The translations under genes and the position numbers were made by a program. A model generated the notes under the pieces. It saw nothing but the letters and a program-made list of their open reading frames with translations. It did not search any database and was not told where the DNA came from. A DNA stretch of 64,000 nucleotides, taken from assembly GCA_965203555.1 (NCBI GenBank), contig CBDBCY010000004.1, positions 384,001 to 448,000 on the forward strand, read 5' to 3'. Positions within the stretch are counted from its first letter, which is position 1. Every line of letters starts with the position of its first letter. Source of the stretch: Acidimicrobiia bacterium (GTDB lineage Bacteria; Actinomycetota; Acidimicrobiia; Spongiisociales; ZC4RG35). Below, one piece after another: positions 8,701-17,593 of the stretch.

Positions 8701-10216
8701 AGCGGGCACACTCGAGATGCTCACCTACGCCGACGAACATTCCCTGCAAAGCCTCGTCCGACCGACCGGCCCGCGGTCGGGGGTAGACGGCGATCATGTG
8801 GGCGGCGGTGACAGCACCTTCCCCCACAAAGACCTCGATCTGGTCATTATCAACCCACCGTACACACCCAAACATGTTCGCAACCAGCAGTTCACCGACG
8901 ACGTGAAAGATGCGATGCAAGACCACGAACTGCGAATCAGAGACACAGTCGTAGCAACAAATGCCAGCCTGCGAGATGTTGTCGACCCCAACAGCATTCG
9001 CACGTTCTTCACTCCTGTGGTGGAACGCTTAGTCCGAGACACCCAATCCTCACCACCAGAGAACGCGTATCTGGAAGAACACTCCACCGATCCCAGAAGC
9101 AACATCGGGCCGTCACAGCCCACTTTGGCCAAGGTACTTTCGGCTGCAGCCTGCCTAAATGCAGATGGCGTCAGTGAACGCAGGTTCCTGGCGCGGTCTT
9201 TCCACATCGAGCGGATAATCACCTCACACGACCCCAAGCGGGTCAACTTTTCCGAGAACACGAACGTGCATGAGTGTCTGCTGATCGCACGCCGCGCCAA
9301 TCACCCCCCCCCCCACACACACAAGCCGACCGAGTTCGTATCTCTCCGCAAGATGCCCTCCACACCTGAAGAAGCCATAGCAGCAGCAGACCAAGTCTCG
9401 GCGGGTGAACCTTCTTCGTGGGGATCGAGGACACTGTGGCCAGCTGACCGAGTGCAAGATGGCGACTGGGCGCCCGTGCAATGGTACAACTTCGATCTGG
9501 GTAGAGTTGCCCGGCGACTCGGACAGCACGGTGCCCTCGAAGCTGTCGGACAAAGACACTTCGTAGGGCCCACCGGCGAGAACATCGAAAGCACCACCCG
9601 CAGAGTCAGCGAAGACATCCCACCAGATGCCAGACGATGCTTTACATCCATAGCGGTTCGCCACCATCAGACCATGGGTGCCACCCCAGATGCCTGGGTA
9701 GCCGCCAAGCCGGGCAAACAAAACACATTCGACTACTACTGGAACCAGAAGAGCAATGTGCTGGTTGCCAAGCGGTACAGAACAACCTCCAGCCTGCTAT
9801 TGGCCGTGTGGAGTGACACGCCTTCGATAGGTAGAGGCAACGGATGGATGCCCGTAGGCGTTAACGACCAAGCAATGGGCAAGGGGCTGGTTGCGTGGTG
9901 GAACTCGACCCCCGCGACGATGATCCTGCTGAACCGCCGCTCAAAGATGCTGACTTACGTGAAGTGGTCCGTGGGACAGATGCGCTCCATCGGGATTCCT
10001 AAACCAGACAATCCCTCCTGGTCGGCTCTGACCTCGGCGTACGAAGAAGCCAAGAACACACCGATGCTTCCCCTCAAGCAGGGCACCGCCTGCGAAGCCC
10101 GATCAATCATCGACCAAGCAGCTGCTCTCGCGCTCGGTATAGACGGCGAACAAGTGGCCGAGTGGCGACACATGCTCACCGAGGAACCCACGATCTCTAA
10201 CCGTCCAGCCAACTAG
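5771..10216 (+). CDS. Single-polypeptide restriction-modification enzyme: Mrr-like nuclease + SF2 helicase + N6-adenine MTase + C-terminal recognition region (Type ISP-like)
   Basis: GIDLV...IQCKCY; MACGTGKT; DEAH; MTATP; QAVGRVMRK; DPACGTG; NPPY; 1481 aa, intact. Confidence 0.9.
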   Translation: MERIRSEARDTAELGRWFSNLVRVVLVDLPEYEMEEVHHWADWPEREALTGRPPSDWGIDLVGRRTDGSFVAIQCKCYDQSRKVGKPDTNSFLANSQLPVFTKRWIVTTSDWTKPAAREIDGMHPPVGRINFLRHWDHPVPGEAAERPTQALYPRQEEAVNKVVEGFARHDRGRLVMACGTGKTFTSLRIAEQIVPDGGRILFLAPSISLVSQSRRDWLTHTRRRLSSLVVCSDTTAGGKQEGDMRVSHLACDVTTSPEVIASKLDTSDTSVLFCTYQSLPVITAAQGEHDAPRFDLVVCDEAHRTAGAFKADPRVFQRIHYEEHLKAAKRLYMTATPRVYTPASKSSLAARNISVVDMTDHSVYGPQFDRLTFREAVELDILSDYRVIVLRVRESALWPSIRAALVSLAGDSALNSGGKPLTVTTEDLQRVLGASLAVNGMAEGVGPDVPERLNRSIAFANSIARSKFYAKALDHPLLKRFVTRRRRQRSAGAEAALKTEVQHLDARNSSYQRFQALEKLRSAGADGAARILTNVKLFTEGVDVPSLDAVVFMEPRKSHIDIVQAVGRVMRKAEGKHLGYIIVPIAASSEDSLNEVLTAHHSEYRVVGQVLAALQSHDEQLMESVAQYVTMIDVDRQPTSANGGETTNVTDDDWIEETLPLTIKEIGDVLRPVVIAASGLGRPGKLVTDLIAAAVRAAASVLDEARRDAVTGDFIPQLSDALGVPIDDAKSLDTCKMAALLIGNACLLHKRLRTVGQWWDVLPDMSTVAVSSDPLDTLRTAWKTILDKDYEPVFDPALTVLECLPGSQAAVQHSIRMLAECADNTADTLSELGYDHAGPLYHNLMPDSQARGAYYTNNLSALMLARLAIGPDFADWHNPDSISRLRIMDPACGTGTLLMASLKTIKDRVAEAGNTADSGTALHKTLVEQVLYGLDINQVGIQLAASNFTLGAPTVDYQRMNLYTMKHGPQPDGTVKAGTLEMLTYADEHSLQSLVRPTGPRSGVDGDHVGGGDSTFPHKDLDLVIINPPYTPKHVRNQQFTDDVKDAMQDHELRIRDTVVATNASLRDVVDPNSIRTFFTPVVERLVRDTQSSPPENAYLEEHSTDPRSNIGPSQPTLAKVLSAAACLNADGVSERRFLARSFHIERIITSHDPKRVNFSENTNVHECLLIARRANHPPPHTHKPTEFVSLRKMPSTPEEAIAAADQVSAGEPSSWGSRTLWPADRVQDGDWAPVQWYNFDLGRVARRLGQHGALEAVGQRHFVGPTGENIESTTRRVSEDIPPDARRCFTSIAVRHHQTMGATPDAWVAAKPGKQNTFDYYWNQKSNVLVAKRYRTTSSLLLAVWSDTPSIGRGNGWMPVGVNDQAMGKGLVAWWNSTPATMILLNRRSKMLTYVKWSVGQMRSIGIPKPDNPSWSALTSAYEEAKNTPMLPLKQGTACEARSIIDQAAALALGIDGEQVAEWRHMLTEEPTISNRPAN
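9304..9314 (+). repeat. C11 homopolymer followed by (AC)n inside the RM gene
   Basis: cacCCCCCCCCCcacacacacaag encodes HPPPHTHK, currently in frame. Confidence 0.9.
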
Positions 10217-10521
10217 CCGCTGGGTGTGCCGATGCGCTGGCGCGTAGACACATAAGCGCAGGTCACAAGTTCCCTTGCGGAGGCCTTTAAGCTGGGGCAA
10301 GGAAGGTGCAGCGCCTGTGGAGCATCACAATCCGATCCGAAAGGCCGTTAGGCGGTGCCGAGGTAGCGAAACTCGGCCCCCGAATCGGGATGTATCCGCC
10401 CTAATCTTGGGCGGCCTGGTCAAGGAGTTGTCTGTTATTGACTCCCGCGATGGACGGAAGGAGGGTTGGGTGGATCCGGCACTAATCACGGCATCAGAAC
10501 CGGTCACAGAAAGAGGGGTGC

Positions 10522-11527
10522 ATGAACTTCGATGCTGACCTGAGAGACATCATCGAGTCCTATTTCGCCTCCGAGGGTATCCGGTACGAAAGCAGCGACG
10601 AACTAAGCCGCTTGGCGGTCCACTACTCTGAAATGCGGATTAGAAGAATCCCTGCGGTGCCCCGCACAGTGCATTTCTCCAATGAAATACATTCCTCTTT
10701 GGGTGAACTGGCCCGAGAAACGGACAGCGCCAAGGCAGCTAAGACTTCAGAGGCCTGGGGAACGGTCTTTTATCTTCACCAACTGTTTGTGGAAGGGGAA
10801 TCTGTGATCCCTCATCTGAGCAGACGGGTTGAGAATGCTGCAACGCAGGACCCGCTCTTGTGGGACTGGGCCCTTCATCATCTCCACCTCAGACGACATC
10901 CCGAGGACTCGGGTTTCGTCAAACGATCCGATTACTTGCTGTTTGCCATCGTCACCGGCACCGAGGCGTTCTTTGTAGATGTGAGACCCCACACCGATCC
11001 CGAGAAATTGTTGTGGTACAGACAGGACCTGATGCGGATTGTGCATTCGAACTGGCCAGAGTTGATCAAACCAAATGTCCTTCACGGTGTGACAGGTGAC
11101 GAATTGACGGACCAGCAAAGAAAGGTGCTGCGAGAGAAGAACACGAATTCCGTCATGGAATTGGGAGGGAAGGCCGTTGGCGCTCGGAGGGGGACTGATG
11201 CGTGACGGCAGCAGCCTACGGTGCAGGTGGTGGGTGATGCGGCTGCGGTGGGAACTGAAACAACATGCAGATCATCTCAACGCCAACGCCGCCGCGGTGA
11301 GGAAGGCACTGAAAGAGAAAGGGATAGACACCAGTGGAGGCCCGGACTTGAAGCTCGCGCTACTGGACGACCTGAACCCCCCATCGGACCTTGTCCAGTC
11401 CCTGCAGGAAGACAACGGTTTGAGCAAAGACTTGTCCCGTATGGGGTTTGTGATCGTCGAAGCTACCACGCTAACGCCCATAGCGGTCAGCATCGAAACG
11501 TCAAGCCCTTCGACCACGGCACTGTGA
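10522..11527 (+). pseudogene. Hypothetical protein split by one frameshift near 11178
   Basis: ORFs 10522-11205 and 11177-11527 overlap in different frames; LLWDWALHHLHL...KRSDYLLF; good RBS. Confidence 0.6.
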
Positions 11528-11534
11528 TTTGTGT

Positions 11535-13099
11535 ATGAACCATAGGGGAGAACGGTATCTGACGGTCCGCCAGTTCATCAGGCACGCTTCCCGTCTCAAG
11601 GTCCGTCTCACCAATGGTGAGCTTGAGTTTTATGAAGAGTTTTGTCTGTTGTTGCCGGTTGCCCGCACCCGCATGCCTACTGAGTATGCTGTTGCCCTGG
11701 AGCGAGAGCCAAGGCGCCGTCCGTTCAGCAGTTCCGAAGGCCTCGACCCACCAGAACTGTGGGCGCGGCTCGCCCCCGGTTTCCGGGACGGAATGCATGT
11801 CTTTGACCAGGAACGAGACAACCCGTTCCTAGAAATCCCGGTTTGTGCGACCTTTCGCCCATGGCACACCGACACAGTTCCCGTGTCGCTCTCCGACGGG
11901 AACAGAGGTACGGACAAGGACCGTTGAGCGGTATTACGCCGCATGGCAGGTGCACATTGTCGAAATTCTCCGCCGCGGCGGCTACTACCAGCGTGCCCCG
12001 TTCCTCAGCGCACGGCCCGAATCTCATCTTCTTCGGAAGAGGTACCAACTGCCCGAGAACACGAAAAGCATCCGGTCTCTCAACGGGACGGCGATCGGCT
12101 ACGACGCTCTGACACTGTTCGGCGTTGCCCGCAGGATCGCCCGACGGGAGGCCTACTTTGCCGTCTCCGGTTGAGCAAAGTGCGTCTAAGACGGCGGGTC
12201 GGGAACTGGGCGACCTCTTGAAGCGTCGAGCACAGCGGGCTGTGAGAGTCTCCGGGGTTGACGAACCGGCCTTATACAACTTTGTAGACAAGCTCACCCG
12301 AATGATCGAGGACTACGGGGCAAGGAGAGGTTTGCGTTGGCTGAAGACGCAGAACAGGACCTTTGGGAAACCAGTCAGTTCGCCTACTACGCATACGACC
12401 ACGACTGGGACAGATTCTTGGCCGCCGCCGAAACCCACGTAGGACAACACCTGGTAGACAGGCTCCGACGGCTCGATCCCGTAGAAGCAACCAAACTCGA
12501 AGCAATGGAGAACCTCGAAAGCATCCTCCAGGACGGAAGCATCGACGTAGACGCCGATGACCATTCGAACACCCTCGAGAAATCGTCGAGTTCTGCCTGA
12601 CACATGATCTCTTCGAAGTCCTCACCGGCATTCAAAACTATTCCTACTCCTTATCCGACCAGCGACGGGACGGCTATCCCGGGTTCCCCTACCGCATGCT
12701 CCGTCCTCTTGCTCTCGCAGTGGAACAACTCGTTCGGGGGATCTTGAACGCCGCCGACAAACCCTATCACGGAAGGGCCTTACCGCGTTGATCAAGATCA
12801 TCGGAGCAGACTCTACATGGCTCCGACACTTCAATTGCCTCTCCAACAAGCGCAAAACATGGGACACCCACGGAGATCTGCATGCGAAGGCCCTAGCCGT
12901 TGCCCGTTCAATCCAAACACTGAGCGTCAAAGATGACGAGACAATCGCAAGAACACTGGTATGTGCCGTCCATACCCGGAACCTCGTGTCCCACAGGCAC
13001 AAGTTCCTCCCCACAGAAGTAACTCTGACCCTCGGAGGAACATGCGCCAAAGCGATAGTTCTTCTATGGCTCCTAGCCAAAGGAAAAGGGTTGGTCTGA
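11535..13099 (+). pseudogene. Multiply frameshifted gene with C-terminal HEPN-like RxxxxH motif
   Basis: Successive overlapping protein-like ORFs (11529, 11845, 12125, 12337, 12788) ending ...AVHTRNLVSHRH... Confidence 0.55.
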
Positions 13100-13239
13100 T
13101 TGACCACGGTTGGCTCATGACTGGCCAACTCTTCGCCACCATACATGTACAACCCTCAGGGAAGGCGGCTACTTATCCGGCCCTGCGCGTTTTTTGGGAT
13201 TGGTGGTCTGGCTGCTGGGTGGTGGGATTCATGTTAGGA

Positions 13240-13500
13240 GGAGTGCTCGGGCGGCGTAGTTATGAGGGTTGGTGAAGCCGTGGGCGGTACGTCGGAGGGA
13301 GTGGAGGGGGTTCGTCGGGTGGTGAGGGTGATCTGGTGGTGGTTGGCGGTCAGTTCCACCCGGCGGATGCGGTTGAGCATCCTCAATGCCCGGGCGGCGA
13401 GGTGCTGCTGTTTCAGGTCGGGATCCCGCACATCGGCCGCGGTGAGAGCGCGGATGGTGAGTGATTCCACGAAAGCAGCGTAAACCCTCAAACGTTCCGG
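13240..13500 (-). mobile_element. IS1634-family transposase C-terminal relic
   Basis: ERLRVYAAF...ADVRDPDLKQQHLAARALRMLNRIRRVELTANHHQITLTTRRTP. Confidence 0.5.
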
Positions 13501-14047
13501 CAAGACCGCGGTGTTGGACAGAACCTTGGACTTTCCATGTCGCCGAAGCAACTCCTCCGCTTTTGGGTGACAAAGCAGCCAGAACCGCTTAGATTTGATC
13601 CCGCCCCCCGGGGTGGCCGGTGACAATGTTCCGTCGGCAGTGTCCCCCACCGACCACCGACCACCAGCCCCGAGATGAAAGAAGGGTCCGCTAATGCTGC
13701 CGCCGGCCGTTGCGGTAGCCGGATTCGGGACAGTCAGGCCTCTGCGAAGCCGCTGCCACTCCAAGGAACGGTACCCAGGAGTCACACGCGATGAGCACGA
13801 ACGCGTCATTCCCTATCTTGGATTGAAAGCCTGTCGTTACGGCGGTCAGCTAGCCCAGCATGAGGCCCTTTCCGACTGGGAAGTCCAGTGAAAGCCAACG
13901 CTCCTGCCTAATCGCGTTGTGGTACGATAATCCGGCGGGCTGGGGGCATTTTCCCCGCTTGGGACAGTTGAGGCGCCCTGGTCAGGCTCATGGTTCGGAG
14001 GCAGCCTTGTCTGCAATACTCACCAATGCTCAGAGGAGGACACCAAA

Positions 14048-15970
14048 ATGAGGCTCTCGTCGTTTCAGGTAGGTCCGTACCGGAACGTGCTGGATTCCGA
14101 CCCTGTCGATGTCCACCCGGAGGTAACCGTGTTGGTTGGCAAGAACGAGTCGGGCAAGACCAACCTACTGCACGCCCTTCACGCTCTAAAACCGGCCAAC
14201 GGCGAACGTGCTTTCCCCCGACTCGACTATCCCCGCTGGCTGCAGAAAGCCCACGAACGCAGCGGCGAGTACAAGAAAGCCAAGCCGATACAGGTCGTTT
14301 TCGATCTCACAGATGAAGATGTCCAAGCGGCCACCGACAGGTTCGGCGAGAACGTCCTGACCGCGAAGACGGTTTCTGGTTATCGCACCTACGAATCCGA
14401 GGAATTTGTCTTTTGCCCGCCCGCTTGTGACGTAACCACCGCACTAAAGCGCCTTTACAGGAACCTCTCCGTGCCGTTTCTGGAGGGGGCCTCCGACATC
14501 GGACGCCTTCGGGAGCAGCTGCAGAGCACCGCCCAAGAAAGGGGTCAGGACGGCCAAACCAATCATGCTGTCACCGCAGGCGAGGTGCTCAAACGTTTGG
14601 AAGCCGCCTACAGCGGTTTCGATTCCGTCTCCGAAGCAATCTGCGCTTTCCTTTCGGAACGTGTCCCTCGGTTCTTCTACTTCGATAGATACGCTGAGTT
14701 GCCGGGAACCACCGACACCGGGCCGCTTGTTCAGCATCTCCAGTCAACGGAACTCACGGGATCCTCAGAACTAAATTCTCGGCAGCGGACCGCTCTCGGC
14801 CTTCTCCGTATGGGGTTAGCCGACGATGAGATAATCGCCGACGAATACGACGCTCGCCAGGCCGAGTTGCAGGCCGTGAGCGCCGAACTCACCCGGAAAG
14901 TGCTGGACTACTGGAAGCAAAACCAGCACCTCCGTTTGACGATCAACATCAACCCCGTCGTTGACAGTAGCCATTATCCGAGCATCCTGCGGCGCGAATT
15001 GAAGCTTGATGTGATGGATGACCGGCATTATTTCACCAACAGTCTCGATGCTCGGTCCAACGGCTTCCGGTGGTTCGTTTCGTTCATAGCAGCCTTCGCC
15101 GAGTTCGAGGAGGACTCGAACGTGATCGTTCTCCTGGACGAACCCGGATTGAATCTCCACGCCCGCGCCCAGGCGGACTTCCTCCGATTCGTCAACGAAC
15201 AATTGGCTGCCAGTCACCAGGTCGTGTTCACGACCCACTCGCCGTTCATGGTTGACCCCGCAAGGCTTGACCGCGTACGCGTGGTCGAGGACACCGGCCC
15301 TGACATCGGAGCCAAGGTCGCCACGACGGACAACGCATCGAAAGACCGCGACACCCTCTTCCCGCTCCAAGCCGCCCTCGGATACGATATCGCCCAGAAC
15401 CTGTTCGTAGGCCCGGACAACCTTGTGGTTGAGGGACTCTCCGACTTCACCTACCTGACGACCCTCTCCAACCACCTCGCCTCCGTGGATCGAACCCACT
15501 TGGACGAACGGTGGAGAATCCTCCCCGCGGGAGGCGCCACCAACATCCCCACCTTTGTTGCACTGGTCGGACCGTCGCTCGATGTCACCGTCCTAGTTGA
15601 CGGCGCCGATGCTTCAAGCCAGAAGATCCGCAACCTTATGGAGAAGGGACTGCTCGACGACAAGCGCCTGCTGACCCCTAACGCCGGAACGCCCACTAAA
15701 GACGCCGACATCGAGGACCTGTTCACCGACGAGGACTATCTGAGGATATACAATCCCGCCTTAAATACCGCCTTGAAGATCTCGGACATCTCAGGTATCG
15801 ACCGGCTGACCAAGCGCATCGAAAGGGCAGCGGGAAAGTTTGGACACAACAAGCCGTCCACCTATCTACTGCACAACCGGGACAAGATCCTTCCCAAACT
15901 GTCAGAAACCACCTTGGAGCGTTTTGAGAAGATGATCGTGGCAATCAACAAGACACTGACGGCTGACTAG
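14048..15970 (+). CDS. OLD-family ATP-dependent nuclease (ABC-type ATPase + TOPRIM)
   Basis: Walker A GKNESGKT; RSNGFRW; Walker B LLDEPG; TTHSPF; TOPRIM VVEGLSD, VLVDG, DIEDLF. Confidence 0.88.
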   Translation: MRLSSFQVGPYRNVLDSDPVDVHPEVTVLVGKNESGKTNLLHALHALKPANGERAFPRLDYPRWLQKAHERSGEYKKAKPIQVVFDLTDEDVQAATDRFGENVLTAKTVSGYRTYESEEFVFCPPACDVTTALKRLYRNLSVPFLEGASDIGRLREQLQSTAQERGQDGQTNHAVTAGEVLKRLEAAYSGFDSVSEAICAFLSERVPRFFYFDRYAELPGTTDTGPLVQHLQSTELTGSSELNSRQRTALGLLRMGLADDEIIADEYDARQAELQAVSAELTRKVLDYWKQNQHLRLTININPVVDSSHYPSILRRELKLDVMDDRHYFTNSLDARSNGFRWFVSFIAAFAEFEEDSNVIVLLDEPGLNLHARAQADFLRFVNEQLAASHQVVFTTHSPFMVDPARLDRVRVVEDTGPDIGAKVATTDNASKDRDTLFPLQAALGYDIAQNLFVGPDNLVVEGLSDFTYLTTLSNHLASVDRTHLDERWRILPAGGATNIPTFVALVGPSLDVTVLVDGADASSQKIRNLMEKGLLDDKRLLTPNAGTPTKDADIEDLFTDEDYLRIYNPALNTALKISDISGIDRLTKRIERAAGKFGHNKPSTYLLHNRDKILPKLSETTLERFEKMIVAINKTLTAD

Positions 15971-16430
15971 CACGCCGACTCTTTGGGCTGTGGCAGGCTA
16001 CCCCCTTCGCTGATGGGGAGCAGAGTCAATAGACCGCTCACCCGCACCCGGGGCGGTGGTCATTTGAGGGGAGCGGACGAAGCGGCATGCGGTTGCCAAC
16101 AACAACCGCGCCCCATACCGAACGTGTCAGCCACCTGCCTGGTGCCCGGCCGGACTTGGTCGCACGGGGCCTCGTGTGGTAAGTGTTGACTGGACATGCC
16201 CTCTGACCTGGTGAAACACCAAATTGTTCGCTAAATTTGGGGGCTACCATCCCAGCTGTATGTTGACCACCGGCGGGGAGGATCACTGCCTTTTAGGCCA
16301 GGTGCTGACCCGTGGGTAAGCTATTTGCCCCAGCCTCTCTCGCAACGCCCTGGGTAAGGAGATCGTCATACAACTGAAGCCTCCTTTCTCAGTTCGCAAC
16401 GACCCCGAAAGGCTCGAAGACTTCTTTGTC

Positions 16431-17219
16431 TTGAAAGAAGGGCTGCCATCCTGGGTACAGCAACCAATGTGGCGGTTTTTTCGTCATTGCTTTTTTGCGC
16501 CACCCCCATACCCGGGGAACCTCAACCCGCCACTCATGGAACTCCTAGAAGGACACACTGAGCGCGAATTGCCTCGCGATGAAGCAGCACTGAGACGCTT
16601 GTTCTTCGGTAACAGCGACCTATTTCTCGACGCTGTGGACTTCGGCTTGCGAGTGGTATCGGGGAAAAGAGATCATATGGAGGCCGTAGGAGATTTGGCT
16701 TTCCATCTTAATCACGCTAGGAGTGTCTACACGATCGGGAACGACGACGGGAATGACGAAATCCAGTACCGACAACCCCTCGAGATGACCCGATTAGTGG
16801 AAGAAGCGACAAGTGGCCGAGATCGGTCCGCGCTCCACATACAAGAGGCTTGGTCGAACGCTTTCAAGCTCGATGCCAACCTCAACGCGGCTGGAGCGGC
16901 GGCAGTGAAAGCAGTCGAAGTTGCCACCAAACCTGTCATCATCCCCAACAACGACAAGGCCACCTTAGGTCAGATCATCAGGGCGATGAAAGACAAACCC
17001 GCGAAGTGGGAGACCGACTCCGAGGCGGATAGAAGCCTCGAGACCGTTACGGATATGATGGACCAGATTTGGAAGGGCCATTACAGGCATGGCGACGAGA
17101 CGAAGCCGTTCGCGGCGTCCGCCGCCGGAACGGAGATGATTGTACACCTTGCTGTGGTGGTAACGCATTGGTTCAATTCGGGAAAGATCCGAAACGTCTC
17201 ACCAAGGGCCGAAGACTAA
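16431..17219 (+). CDS. Abortive-infection-like (AbiJ/Abi_C, HEPN-related) protein
   Basis: C-terminal AVKAVEVATKPVIIPNNDKATLGQII...WKGHYRHGD; frame stays open to ~16368 after an AAGGAG RBS, so the start may be earlier. Confidence 0.5.
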   Translation: MKEGLPSWVQQPMWRFFRHCFFAPPPYPGNLNPPLMELLEGHTERELPRDEAALRRLFFGNSDLFLDAVDFGLRVVSGKRDHMEAVGDLAFHLNHARSVYTIGNDDGNDEIQYRQPLEMTRLVEEATSGRDRSALHIQEAWSNAFKLDANLNAAGAAAVKAVEVATKPVIIPNNDKATLGQIIRAMKDKPAKWETDSEADRSLETVTDMMDQIWKGHYRHGDETKPFAASAAGTEMIVHLAVVVTHWFNSGKIRNVSPRAED

Positions 17220-17321
17220 GGAGACATGCTGCTCAGTTGTGCGGGAGGGTACAAACTGCACTACAAGCCGACAGTAGCTTGTGTCCCCACCTGCAACCTA
17301 GTCTCCAGTTGTTGGCGTTGG

Positions 17322-17378
17322 TGATGACGATCATCGAAAATCCTCAGGAGTCGATCATCGAAAGTGCTCACCCTGGGG
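17322..17378. mobile_element. Orphan IS21-type terminal repeat
   Basis: TGATGACGATCATCGAAA...GTCGATCATCGAAAGT...CACCCTGGG closely matches the IS21 end at 26146. Confidence 0.7.
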
Positions 17379-17593
17379 GTGATGAGCGCCTTCGCTGAAC
17401 ACCACGGGTGGTAAAACCGACCAAAGTTGTCGTGAACAAAGAACTCCCACTCCGGCCCAGAACATCAGAGCCCTCCTATTCCCACGAGAGCTACATTGAC
17501 TTGGTCAAGGTAGACTGTCGGTCGGCCATCCTTTCCGCCATCGTCGGTGTCTCCCCTATCGCTCTGTTTACGGTGCCCGCCTGTGTTTGAGTG

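Noticed and set aside
4973-10216. Functional DISARM system
   Set aside because: Only ~90 codons of drmD remain and drmA/B/C are not seen
14048-15970. Complete Gabija system
   Set aside because: No GajB helicase is adjacent; the only UvrD-like sequence is a short stub 9 kb away
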